Shown here: positions 12,270-24,765 of the stretch, one piece after another | Layout: each line of letters begins with the position of its first letter | Position numbering within the stretch: the first letter of the stretch is position 1 | Source: Octopus vulgaris | Taxonomy: Eukaryota | Assembly (NCBI GenBank): GCA_951406725.2 | Contig: OX597824.1 | Location: 75,640,001-75,704,000 of the forward strand | Direction of reading: 5' to 3' | Length of the DNA stretch: 64,000 bases | Position numbers and translations under genes: made by a program | The notes under the pieces: generated by a model | Seen by the model: only the letters and a program-made list of their open reading frames with translations | Database searches by the model: none | Told to the model about the DNA's origin: nothing

Positions 12270-13880
12270 GAGTACCATAAGGGCTTGGAGTACATGAATG
12301 CCCAGAAGATTTTTTTGCTGTGTTTTTTTAACTATTGTTTTCTTCTTCTGTTGGGACTTTTTATTGAACAGTTTGCTTTTTTCTTTCTTCATTTTGTTTT
12401 CTTTTGAATTCTCTCTTTCCTTTTTCGTGAACTATTGTTTTGAACCTTTTAATTTTTTTAATTTAAAACATGGCAAAAAAATACGGATAAGATTGTAGAG
12501 TAGGAGATTTCCCACCTAGGAGTGGCTCAGACAGCAAGAGAAGAGGACGGTGGTGTCGAGAACGTATTCGAAGGTTCTCGACACCATTGCCGTCTTTTCC
12601 AAGCAGATGATTGAGCAAGAGTTGGCAGAACATCTGCCAACCGTTAAGTATATCTCTTGGGGAGTCAAACATACAACGGTGTGGTTACTGTTTGACACCC
12701 CAGAGGAGGCTCGCAGTTTTGCCAGCCAGCCCGTTGAGGGTAAAGAAATTTTGTTTCTTCCCATTTATTGTGGGAAAAAATTGACGAGGGACTGGGTCTG
12801 TGGTTAGTCACCCGGAATTGAACCCCAGTGGATAGAGGATACTATCCGTCGGGGTCTGGGTGGAAGCGGAGCCATGCTCCTCAATGGGAAATTCTTCCTG
12901 CGGCTGATTAGGTTGGGTCAAAAGCTGTTTTGAACCTGTGGACCCAATCTGCCAATAACAGGTTATGCCAGATTTTTTTTAATGGCCGGGTGCAGGTACC
13001 CGGTGATTCTTGAGGGTCGACCCCCAGGTGTCATCAGTGCCTGGAGCCTGGACATATAAAGAAGAACTGTCCTCTGGAGCAAGGTGGAGTTCTGGAGCAG
13101 TCAATTGAGACCTCTGTAAAAGAGGGAACGAAGGCGGCTGAGGAGACGGAGGACTCCTCAGAGAAGTGCCGCAAGAGGAAGAATGTGAGCAACAATGGGT
13201 GCTCATCGAAGGATCCTGGGGATGAGGGAGGGGAGATGAATCTCCCTGTCACGGAGGAGACGCACCCGCCCTCAGTTGAGAGGAAAAAAAGAGGAAAAGG
13301 AAGAGAAATGGGACATTGCCGACAGTCGGTGACATAGCACCGGAATGTCCCGAACCTTGCCGGTAGGGGTTGTGCCACCGGTAGGGGAAGAGACACCGTT
13401 GGGGGAGGGGGACTGTGCCGCCAACGGTAAAATTGACTACCTCGAACCCGGAGGAAGAGGAACTATTGGTCTTCTTCTAAAGAGGCGGAGGGGTAGAAAA
13501 GGTAGTGGAAAAGCACCATAAGAGAGTACCTTTAACCTTCACACAGGATCCTGAATGGCCTCCGAAGATAGCTGTGGAAGTCATAACGGTGTCTGTGGGG
13601 TTTAGGCTGCAGGAACTCAACTAGGAATATCGCCTGCTCTGATCCCGCCTTGGTCTTGAATGAGGCGTGGGAGATGGTGGAGTATACGGGCACAAGCGAT
13701 GACGGGGAGGAATAATGACAAGAGGTTGAATAGCCTAAGTGTTACAATGATTAATGTTTATCGTATGTTGTTGTGTTTAAGAGGCTTAACGCCCCAATTC
13801 TTAAATGGACTATTAGTCCAAACATTTGTAAAACTGAAGTAAGAGGTTCATTACCTCGTTTTGTCTTTTTTCTGTGGAAA
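12270..13880 (+). mobile_element. Decayed L1/Tx1-like non-LTR element, ORF1 (gag-like) remnant
   Basis: GC-rich island behind a T-rich leader. Broken frame MAKKIRIR...VKYISWGVKHTTVWLLFDTPEEARSFASQP...LFLPIYCGKK resembles an RRM-type ORF1. Many stops and no RT seen. Confidence 0.5.
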
Positions 13881-13902
13881 AAAAAGGAGAATCTAAAGTA
13901 TC

Positions 13903-14097
13903 TCAAATGTATAATCTTTGGAATGTTCTATAAATTTTCATTTTGTCACTAATAGAGTGAATTTGGAGAATGCGCGTCAGTTTCTTTGGCTCTTTCTTCG
14001 AAAAGTCTTCTATTTCTTGGTTTTTGTGTAAATCTGTAGATGCATAGCCAAATGCACCCATGATAATTACAAATGAAAGTTTGTAGCTTGTAAGCAT
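13903..14097 (-). pseudogene. C-terminal fragment of a restriction-like-endonuclease non-LTR retrotransposon (CRE/NeSL/R4-like)
   Basis: IIMGAFGY...FSKKEPKKLTRILQIHSIS..MKIYRTF fits the usual P-I-I-I-G-A-L-G...LQ...GTVKI C-terminus pattern. Confidence 0.6.
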
Positions 14098-14378
14098 ATG
14101 TGTGTGTATTTGTGTGTGCGTTTGTGTGTGTATGAGTGTATGTATTTGTATATGTATGTTGGGAGGTAGATAGGTGGTTATTTATGCATGTATGTAGCTA
14201 TGTATGTTTGTACGTGTGCATGTATGTATGTGCATATGTATGAACGTATGTATGCCCGTGTATATGCATGTATGCATTTATGTGCATGTGTCTATGTGTA
14301 TACTTATATATGTATATGCGGGTCTGCACGTATGAATATATGTACTTACGTGTGTACGTTCGTACGAGTGTATGTATG

Positions 14379-14456
<78 letters not shown>

Positions 14457-14964
14457 TTTATTGTATATGCATATGCATATATGTATATAAGTATGTATGT
14501 TCATATGTGTATTGATGTATTTGCGTATAACAGTTCATTATGTTATTTGTTTATGAATTTGGTCGCAAAATATTTGATATCTTATTTCGTTCTTAATATC
14601 ATATTTCGTTCCGAGCAATTCATAACATTCACTTATCATTTAATTATCTGCCTTGTACATGACAGACGGCTATTTATTAATATATACGCTATAGGTGAAT
14701 ATATCATATATCACACCATGACCTAGAAAAATGTAACATTAATATACAAAAACATTATCAATATATTATCTAGTGAAAAGTTTTCAGACACTTTCAAATG
14801 TATTTGTGAAGGCAAATGTGTTTTTTACCATGCTGACGTAGACTTCTAGAATTTCGGATTATACGCAGTTCAAACTTCACTAGTTCGGTAGCAGTATATT
14901 GTGATTAATTTAAAATAGTGTTTGTCTTATTTTGTTCGTGTTCATTGTATATGGCAATTTGTGT

Positions 14965-15720
14965 GGAGGCGCAATGGCCCAGTGGTTAGGGCAGCGGACT
15001 CGCGGTCGTAGGATCGCGGTTTCGATTCCCAGACCGGGCGTTGTGAGTGTTTATTGAGCGAAAACACCTAAAGCTCCACGAGGCTCCGGCAGGGGATGAT
15101 GGTGATCCCTGCTGTACTCTTTCACCACAACTTTCTCTCACTCTTACTTCTTGTTTCTGTTGTACCTGTATTTCAAAGGGCCGGCCCTGTCACGCTCTGT
15201 GTCACGCTGAATATCCCCCGAGAACTACGTTAAGGGTACACGTGTCTGTTGAGTGCTCAGCCACTTACAGGTCTGCAAAATTCATGCTGGGTTGCTGATC
15301 CTCCTCAAAATAGGAGTGGCTATGTGGTAAGTAGCTTGCGTATGAACCACATGGTTCTGGGTTCAGTCCCACTGCGTGGCACCTTGGGCAAGTGTCTTCT
15401 ATTATAGCATCAGGCCAACCAAAGCCTTGTGAGTGGATTTGGTTGATGGAAACTGAAAGAAGCCTGTTATATATATGTGTGAGTGTGTTTGTGTGTCTGT
15501 GTTTGTCCCCACCCAACATTGCTTGACAACCAATGCTGGTGTGTTTACGTCCCCATAACTTAGCAGTTTGGGAAAAGAGACCAATAGAATAATTACTAGA
15601 CTTACAAAGAATAAGTCCTGCGGTCGATTTGCTTGACTAAAGGCAGTTAAGTTCACGAGCAGGCTGTTCCGTTGATTCGGATCAACCGGAACCCTCGTCG
15701 TCGTAACCGACGGAGTACTT
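14965..15720 (+). mobile_element. tRNA(Arg)-like SINE (family C, OR-like) interrupted by a family A SINE at about 15308-15645
   Basis: GGAGGCGCAATGGCCCAGTGGTTAGGGCAGCGGACTCGCG...GGTTTCGATTCCC head. The 3' end CGTAACCGACGGAGT resumes at about 15648 and matches the uninterrupted copy at 44603-44982. Confidence 0.85.
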
Positions 15721-16253
15721 CCATCCATGGCAATTTGTGAAAAGTAAAAAAACAGCGTTGTTGAGTATAGGTCTTCAACGGAGCAATCACTGGTTAACCG
15801 CATTTTTGGAGTATTTTGAAGTGTACCTATAACAGCGTCTCATATTAGATCTTTCATTTAAGCTATGAATGTTTTGAAATAAAATTAATAATTTCTCCTT
15901 CAGGCACAGCTTGCAGCATAAATTTCATCTAAGGCCGCCGTATACACATAAGAAAATGTGTGTCCAAGAATTGATAATTTCATCGCACTTGTTTTATTCG
16001 AAAACCGAATATACTTGGAAAAGTTTCGGAAAAGTTTTTCATCAAACATCTGTAACAAACTTCAATAAAATTCTTCTCATAAATACGATATGGAATATGG
16101 AACCTAAACTAAATATGAGCTTTTTTACATTAAGCTCTGTGGGAAATGCACAATAGGCTGATTCGCTTGTGTAAAGGTAACGCGCTTGGTCGTGTTAACA
16201 AAGGAATGTGAGTTCGACTCCCACGCGGATATGAAAGCCTTTGTTTTTTATAG

Positions 16254-16621
16254 GTGTAAGTGTGGCTGTGTGGTAAGTAGCTTGCTTACCAACCACATGG
16301 TTCCAGGCTCAGTCCCACTGCGTGGCACCTTGGGCAAGTGTCTTCTACTATATATAGCCTCGGGCCGACCAAAGCCTTGTGAGTGGATTTGGTACGCTGG
16401 GTGAAATGCTTAGCAGTATTTCGTCTGCCGCTACGTTCTGAGTTCAAATTCCGCCGAGGTCAATCTTTGCCTTTCATCCTTTCGGGGTCGATTAAATAAG
16501 TACCAGTTACGCACAGGGGGCGATGTAATCAGCTTAATCCGTTTGTCTGTCCTTGTTTGTCCCCTGTGTGTAGCCCTTTGTGGGCAGTAAAGAAATATGA
16601 AACTGAAAGAAGCCCGCCGTA

Positions 16622-16679
<58 letters not shown>

Positions 16680-16948
16680 TGTTTGTGTGTGTGTGTGTAT
16701 GTGTGTGTGTGTGTGTGTGTGTGTCTGTGTCTGTGTTTGTGTGTCTGTGTTTGTCCCTCGGCATCGCTTGACAACCGATGCTGGTGCGTTTACGTCCCCG
16801 TAACCTAGCGGTTCGGCAAAAGAGACCGATAGAATAAGTACTAGGCTTACAAAGAATAAGTCCTGGTGTCGATTTGCTCGACTAAAGGCGGTGCTCCAGC
16901 ATGGCCACAGTCAAATGACTGAGACAAGTAAAAGAGTAAAAGAGTAAT
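16254..16948 (+). mobile_element. Family A SINE containing a family B SINE insert (about 16394-16597)
   Basis: The family A head breaks at GGATTTGGTA and resumes at GAAACTGAAAGAAGCCCG (about 16599). Confidence 0.85.
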
Positions 16949-17341
16949 AAAGAATTATTTCTGATGCAAAACAAAGAATGTAGACTATTCTACTTAATGA
17001 GAAACAGTTTGGGAAGTTAACTAAGGTGTCTTGTAAATGATGCCAAAACTACTTAATCAATGTGGTTAAATGAATGTTAAACCTTATTAATATAATAGTT
17101 TCCAAATCATTTCAAATCGGAAAGTAGGATTATAAAGAGGTTCTTCGCTATTTATTACCAAAAGCAATATTTAGCTTTTTGAAGGAGATGGAGCCTCTCT
17201 GTTTGGTAAAACAGTTCTACTGCTCAACAGATATTTATTTCGTTATTTGTAAGTAAAACTTTACCAAACCGAATGAACTTACCCAGTGAAAAATAATTAC
17301 ATTTTATTTGCTGAATGCGTACAGCTTCATGGACGAAAGTA

Positions 17342-17860
17342 CTGTAAATCTTCGAGTATAGTCCGCCCTTGAGTATAACACGCAGGAGTTTTTTAGGAGG
17401 CTGTACCTCTGAAAAGCCTAAACCTTGTGTATAATACGCACGCCTTCTCTCACTTGAGAGGTCTATGTAAGGTCAAGGAGGTCTATGTAACGTCCTTGGT
17501 TTGTAAAAATGTATGCGGTAACGTCCTTTATTATTATTGTACATAAAACATAATGCAAACGTATAGCTTTTTTGTGCATTTTGTTTGCAGAAAATAAAGA
17601 AATAACAGTAATAACGTTCAATAAATGTTACTTATTGCAAGTAATTCTTTTATGACTTTATTGCTTTCAGTCTGAACTTAAGGTATTTTCACGCCTGACA
17701 TCACAAAATGTGTTTGAATAAACATTGCCAGACAGCAAATAGAGACTCGGACATAGCTTAAAATATAATCTTCATTTTAAACCTCGTATATAGTACGCAC
17801 TAGGGATTTTGACCTTTAAATTTTGGGGAAAAAGTGCGGATTATCCTCGAGGATTTACGG
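17342..17860. mobile_element. Non-autonomous pogo/Tc1-mariner-type MITE
   Basis: Imperfect TIRs CTGTAAATCTTCGAGTATAGTCCGC and GCGGATTATCCTCGAGGATTTACGG, TA on both sides, and subterminal GTATA..ACGCA repeats. Confidence 0.85.
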
Positions 17861-18347
17861 TATATGTTGTCGCTAAAACTATTCCCTTTCCTTGACCCCC
17901 CCCACACACATACATACACACACAAACTCAAACACACCAGTTCTCAAAAAGAAAAAAACCCTGTAAAAGTTTAACTTTGAAATCTATCAATTTTTCTTCA
18001 GCTACGCGATGAGACATAAAGATGTCCAAACGTGCGTCTACATATGATAGAAAATAAAATTTTAAAAAGCTACAAGTACAACAGAATCTTGAACTTTAAC
18101 AAGATTTGAGCCTTTACCACATGCTTTGTGTTGAGTATTAATAAGATGATAAGAGAAAAACTCGTTTTTATGAATACAGTACTGAATGTACTATTTTCAC
18201 TGTAGTTGAACACCCACTATCTTTTTAGAAAGAAAACGGCTGGAGAAGAAGAAAATTATGTCACGTGAACGATGCAAAGACAGAAAAAACTATACGTGCA
18301 AATGTGTGTGTACGTAAGAAGTAGTTTTTCTTTCAAACATGTTGTAT

Positions 18348-19285
18348 TCTTTTCTACTCCAAGCGCAGGCCTCGAAATTTGTGGGGAGGGGGCCAGTCGT
18401 TTAGATCGACCCCAGTACGCAACAGGTACTCGATTTATCGACCCCGAAAGGATAAAAGGCAACGTTGGCCCCGGCAGAATTAGAACTCAGAACATAAAGA
18501 CAGACGAAATACCTATTTCTTTACTACCCACAAGGGGCTAAACACAGAGAGGACAAACAAGGACAGGCACACGGATTAAGTCGATTATATCGACCTCAGT
18601 GCGTAAATGGTACTTATTTAATCGATCCCGGAAAGATGAAAGGCAAAGTCGACCTAAGCATTTAGCCCGGCGTGCTAACGTTTCTTATTTCTTTATTGCC
18701 CACAAGGGGTTAAACATAGAGGGGACAAACAAGGACAGACAAAGGGATTAAGTCGATTCTATCGACTCCAGTGCGTAAATGGTACTTAATTTATCGAGCC
18801 CGAAAGGATGAAAGGCAAAGTCGACCTCGGCGGAATTTGAACACAGAACGTAACAGCAGACGAAATACCTATTTCTTTATTACCCACAAGGGACTAAACA
18901 CAGAGAGGACAAACAAGGACAGACAAAGGGATTAAGTCGATTATATCGATCCCCAGTGCGTAACTGGTACTTATTTAATCGACCCCGAAAAGATGAAAGG
19001 CAAAGTCGACCTCGGCGGAATTTGAACTCAGAACGTAGACAGACGAAATACCTATTTCTTTATTACCCACAAGGGGCTAAACACAGAGCCGACAAACAAG
19101 GACAGACATAGGTATTAAGTCGATTACATCGACCCCAGTGCGTAACTGGTACTTAATTTATCGACCCCGAAAGGATGAAAGGCAAAGTCGATCTCGGCGG
19201 AATTTGAACTCAGAACGTAACGCAGACGAAATACCGCTAAGCATTTTGCCCGGCGTGCTAACGTTTCTGCCAGCTCGACGCCTTT
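18348..19285 (-). mobile_element. Second head-to-tail array of family B SINE (5 cores)
   Basis: Same unit as 410-1157, with GAAATACCTATTTC junctions at 18512, 18868 and 19051 and a complete head at the right end. Confidence 0.88.
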
Positions 19286-19603
19286 TAAACATGTTATACT
19301 AAACACGCGATTATGTTCATGCTTGATCTTTTTTATTTGAAATTTTTTTCAGATTTCCCTATCAATTTTTTATTGTCTCATCTGGAACAAACCTCTTTAA
19401 TTAAAATTTTGATATTATGTATTAAAATTTTGATATTTTCTCAATCCCATCCTCAAAATAAAATGACGGTAATACTGTCATGTTATCCACGCGCGCTACT
19501 GTAGGTTTTAGAGTATCATGGTCATACTTTTACAATTCATAAAATCATCAGCGCCGGATTTAAAATCATAAAATGGCACGTTATCGTAGCGTTTTATGAT
19601 ATA

Positions 19604-20117
19604 CTGGCAGTATCGCCCGGCGTTGCTCGGGTTTGTAAGGGAAATAACTATATAAGCATTTTTAGAGAGTTACTTCCCTTATAGATGCCAATTCGGGCTT
19701 TCTTAGCCATTTCTGTTTTGGTGTCTACAAGCCATGAAGTCGTTGTTCTGAAAAAACGCTGGTCTCCTTGACAACGCTTTACGACGTTGATTTCCTTACA
19801 CTCCCTTCCCCACAGCTTCACGAGGGAGGGAAGAAGGGGGAGAAGCAACACAGGTGCAGGTGTGAGCGTGGACGCCAACTCTGCCGCCATCGACACACGA
19901 AAAAATATGCATTAAAATGGAATAAAAAATGATGTTAAATTATTTTTAAAATCGTAGACTCATCGTAGACGCGCGCTAATAGCCAGACGGGCTCGATATG
20001 AATTACGACTATAAGATACCCGAATTTGGTTAAACTGCACCGCAAAATGTGGGAGTAGTTAGGAATCTAAATCGAAGGGGACAGACACTCACACAACTAC
20101 AGTTTTATATATATAGA
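19604..20117 (-). mobile_element. Non-autonomous Helitron
   Basis: Minus strand starts TCTATATATATAAAA and ends with hairpin CCCGAGCAACGCCGGG plus CCAG (variant of CTAG). It sits between A and T with no TSD. Confidence 0.82.
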
Positions 20118-20562
20118 TTTCACATGTGCGCTTAAATTATGTTTGTATTTTGCAGTTAGTAAGGTCTCTATAGTTATTACCCCTTTTTGCAGAATTCTAT
20201 ATGAAACTGTAAGGCTGCTAATTCATGTTTTTCAAGGCAATTTTATTTGCATAGAATATGCATTATAATACATAGAAGGTGTATTTCAATGAATTGCGAT
20301 GGCTCCTTTCCTGTAAATGTATGGTCAGCTATTGAGAAAATGCCGGATTGTTTGTGTTCGATATTAGTCTTGAAGTGTATAACTTCCGTGTTTATATTTC
20401 AATTCGTGTATTACATAGGTTGTTTGAAGTGTGGTGCTTGTTTTAATAGTCTGTGGTTTGGGACAGGAGACCAGAATCATGAAACTAGGGCTAATTTTAA
20501 TGAAATTTTCATCTTCCAATAATTACGACAGTATAGGTGTGTATCTATTTGTGTGTTGTGCG

Positions 20563-20642
20563 TATGTATGTATGTATGTATGTATGTATGTATGTATGTA
20601 TGTATGTATGTATGTATGTATGTATGTATGTGTGTGTGTGTG

Positions 20643-20674
<32 letters not shown>

Positions 20675-20918
20675 TGTATGTGTGTGTGTGCGTATGTATG
20701 TATGTATGTATGTATGTATGTATGTATGTATGTATGTGTGTGTGTGTATGTATGTATTTATGTATGTATGTATGTATGTGTGTGTGTGTGTATGTATGTG
20801 TGTGTATGTATGTATGTATGTATGTATGTGTGTATGTATGTATGTATGTATGTGTGTATGTATGTATGTATGTATGTATGTACGTACGTATGTACGTACG
20901 TATGTATGTATGTATGTA

Positions 20919-20951
<33 letters not shown>

Positions 20952-21395
20952 GTATGTATGTATGTATGTATGTGTGTGTGTGCGTATGTATGTATGTATG
21001 TATGTATGTATGTATGTGTGTGTGTATGTATGTATGTATTTATGTATGTATGTATGTATGTATGTGTGTGTGTGTATGTATGTATTTATGTATGTATGTA
21101 TGTATGTATGTATGTGTGTATGTATGTATGTGAGTGTATGTATGTATGTATGTATGTATGTATGTATGTGTGTATGTATGTATGTATGTATGTGTGTATG
21201 TATGTATGTATGTATGTATGTATGTATGTATGTACGTACGTATGTATGTATGTATGTATGTATGTACGTACGTACGTACGTATGTATGTATGTATGTATG
21301 TATGCATGCATGCATGCATGTATGTATGTATGTATGTATGTATGTATGTATGTATGTATGTATGTATGTATGTATGTATGTATGTATGTATGTGT
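20563..21395. repeat. 830 bp compound (TATG)n/(TG)n microsatellite
   Basis: Seen directly. Confidence 0.97.
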
Positions 21396-22312
21396 GCTTG
21401 ATAGACGTTTGTGGAAACAACATAATATATCTTCACAAATTAAAGTGAAGGTATATAACACATGCGTCCTCCCGTCTTTGCTATATGGAAGTGAGGCATG
21501 GGTTGTTTACCGTAGGCAGGTAACGCAATTGGAACGATTTCATCAATACTGTCTGAGAAAAATTTGGGGGAACAACTGGAAAATGGCCATTAGTAATGTA
21601 GAGGTGCTTGAGAGGAGTGGCAGTAGAAATATAGAGTCAATGATTTTGCAAAGACGTTTGGGGTGGTAGGGACATTTGGTAAGGATGAGTGATGAGCGAC
21701 TGCCCAATCATCTATTGTATGGTGAGCTGGAAGATATCAGAGACCAGTGCATAAGCCTAAACTAAGGTTTAAGGATTGCCTTAAAAATGCTCTAATACAG
21801 ACAGGAATTGCTGCTGGGAGAGCGAGGCACAAGACCGTGATGGATGGAAGAAGATAGTGCATGATGGTTGTTCAAGGTTTGAGAGGGAGAGAGTGAAGTA
21901 TGAGAGAATTAGGAGGGGGCTTAGAAGGGGAGAACCTATAGAAAGTGAGGGAGTGTTGCTTTTTATGTCTGTGGTGTTTGAGTCGTGCATGCCTGGTGAG
22001 CCATTAAAATTCTCATAGAAATCGACCCATGATAAACAATGATGTGGATATTAAAATTCACAACAGAACATGTGTAAAATGTGGAAGGGTGTGCCTCTCA
22101 GTTGGAGGTCTAAAAAGACATGTTAAGAGAGTGCATATGGTGGCACCTGTTTCTCCTGCCAGTCAGCACAGTTGTCTAGTATGTAACAAAATGTGTAAAA
22201 GCTTGGCCGGGCTTAAAAATCATATAAGGGCATCACATGGTAACAATCATGAATCATTTCAGTAAGTCTTCTTGGCAATGGCTTTTCTCGTGTAACGAGG
22301 ATGCAGTTGTGA
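21396..22312 (+). pseudogene. 5'-truncated RTE/BovB-like LINE 3' end with C2H2 zinc fingers
   Basis: KVKVYNTCVLPSLLYGSEAW...LERFHQYCLRKI...RRLGW*GHLVRMSDERLP..LLYGEL, then CVKC...H...H and CLVC...H...H. Contains a stop and frameshifts, and ends in a (TGTA)n tail. Confidence 0.88.
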
Positions 22313-22386
22313 TGTATGTATGTATGTATGTATGTATGTATGTATGTATGTATGTATGTATGTATGTATGTATGTATGTATGTATG

Positions 22387-22463
<77 letters not shown>

Positions 22464-22496
22464 TATTATAAAAGGCAGATTTTATCTGCCTCCCTT

Positions 22497-22545
<49 letters not shown>

Positions 22546-23487
22546 GTAAAAAGTAAAAAATATATACAAACTGGGACAAGAACGTGAAACACCTAGAAGA
22601 CGACACAAGAACCACAGGACGGGACATTCGAAGCCCTCAGTCATCAGTCAAGAACCGGATCATCTTCGCAATTTCGGCTGATTAATCTTGAGATTGCTCC
22701 GACCTGGGCATATATATATATCTGTCTGTTTATCTATCTATCTTTATGTATTATAACAAATTTTAATTGGGTGAAAAGAAAAAAATATTAGAAGTCTTTA
22801 GTTATTAAAAGTAAACGATATTCGAAAATTCCTAGGGATGAAAGATTACGGAGGGACATAATAAAAATATCCATCCATAAAAAATAAAAGTAATAGTTAT
22901 AAAACGGTATTTGAACAAAAATATAAATCATAGAATAAATGCGTTTGAAGATGAAGAAGCAAATTTGTAATTGAAATGTAAGAAAAGTGTAAAGAAAATG
23001 AAAAATCGGATGGAAAAATTTTCTATAGAAGGATTTTTGTAAAAATTTAAGCTAAGAAATGTAACAAATATAGCAATAAGTTGCAATATTTCCTTACAAT
23101 TTTGAATCGTTTTTCTACGTTTAGAGGTTTGGGCTTGGATAATAGATATTTGAAAACATGTTTACAGTTTGACAAACACTCAGACCGATTATATTAACAG
23201 AGAGGGCAAAATACACAAAATCTTCAATTGTGAACAAAACACACAAAATTTTCAGCATTGAACGAAAACTACGTACCGATACAATGGTTTATGTATACAT
23301 CAAGGAATTCTGAAACGTCATCTCGTTTTTCATATATGCTACTTTTATTCCAGCCATAAAATTCCGTTCACCTAAGCCTGTCATCAGAATTAAGGTGAAT
23401 ACAGGTTCAGAACAAGAGCAGAATATCGCCCCATCTTGTCTGAATTCTATAAATATTATGAGAAAATTTTGGCAATTTCTTAACTTA

Positions 23488-23654
23488 TAGGCGTAGAAGT
23501 GGCTGTGAGGTACGTAGCTTGCTTACGAACCACATTGTTCCGGGTTCAGTCTCACTGCGTGGCACCTTGGGCAAGTGACTCCTACTATAACCTCGAAACG
23601 ACCAAAGACTTGTGAGTGGATTTGATAGACGGAAACTGAAAGAAGCCCGTCGTA
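23488..23654 (+). mobile_element. 5' half of a family A SINE split by the LINE
   Basis: Head runs up to GAAGCCCGTCGTAT and abuts the LINE (CAT)n tail. Confidence 0.85.
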
Positions 23655-23835
23655 TCATCATCATCATCTTCATCATCGTCGTTTAGCGTCCGCTTTCCAT
23701 GCTAGCATGGATTGGACGGTTCAACTGGGGTCTGGGAAGCCGGAAGGCTGCACCAGGCCCAGTCTGATCTGGCAATGTTTCTACGGCTGGATGCCCTTCC
23801 TAACGCCAACCACTCCGTGAGTGTAGTGGGTGTCT

Positions 23836-24045
23836 TTTACGTGCCACCGGCACATGTGCCAGACGAGTCTGGCAAACGGCCACGATCGGATGGTGCTTTT
23901 TACGTGCCACCGGCACGGGGGCCAGGCGAGGCTGGCAACGGCCACGAACAGATGGTGCTTTTTACGTGCCAACGGCACGAGGCCAGTCGGGGCGGCGCTG
24001 GCAACGGCCACGTTCGGATGGTTCTCTTACGTGCCACCGGCACTG
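23836..24045. repeat. About 62 bp tandem repeats with GTGCC-ACC-GGCAC hairpins in the LINE 3' UTR
   Basis: TTACGTGCCA(C/A)CGGCAC occurs four times, at about 23837, 23900, 23961 and 24027. Confidence 0.85.
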
Positions 24046-24195
24046 GTATCACAGCTACAATTTCCATTGATGTTGATCGATTTCGATTCTCACTTGCCTC
24101 AACAGGTCTTCACAAGTAGAGTTTTGTGTCCCAAGAAGGAAAGGTATGCATAAGTGGACTGGCTATATCCCGTGTAGAGGCCACGGGTTATGGTC

Positions 24196-24765
24196 TCACT
24201 TGTCCTGCTGGGTCTTCTCACACACAGCATACTTCCAAAAGTCTCGGTCTCTAGTCATTTCCTCAGTGAGACCTAAAGTTCGAAGGTCGTGCTTCACCAC
24301 CTCGTCCCAGGTTTTCCTGGGTCTGCCTCTTCCACAGGTTCCCTCAACCGCTAGGGTGTGGCACTTTTTCACACAACTATCTTCATCCATTCTCGTCACA
24401 TGACCATACCAGCGCAAACGTCTCTCTTGCACACCACAACTGATGCTTCTTAGGTCCAGCTTTTCTCTCATGGTACTTACACTCTATCGAGTATGAACAC
24501 TGACATTACACATCCATCGGAGCATACTGGCTTCATTTCTTGCGAGCTTACGCATATCCTCAGCAGTCACGGCCCATGTTTCACTGCCATGTAGCATGGC
24601 TGTTCGTACACACGCGTCATACAGTCTGCCTTTTACTCTGAGCGAGAGGCCTTTTGTCACCAGCAGAGGTAAGAGCTCTCTGAACTTTGCCCAAGCTATT
24701 CTTACTCTAGCAGTTACACTTTCAGCACACCCGCCCCGCTACTGACTTGGTCACCTAGGTAACGA
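24196..24765 (-). pseudogene. Disrupted C-terminal continuation of the LINE ORF
   Basis: YLGDQVSS..CAESVTARVRIAWAKFRELLP...LHGSETW...RRLRWYGHVTRM...GRPRKTW. Two 1-bp deletions (about 24763 and 24735) and an in-frame TAG near 24485. Confidence 0.88.

Noticed and set aside
14965-15040. Functional tRNA-Arg gene
   Set aside because: The tRNA-like head continues into a SINE body repeated at 44603 and lacks a proper acceptor stem and terminator.
20431-21669. 412-aa ORF
   Set aside because: Read-through of (TATG)n fused to a dead LINE fragment.
22029-22265. Host C2H2 zinc-finger gene
   Set aside because: Contiguous with the RTE ORF remnant and followed by its tail, so it belongs to the LINE.
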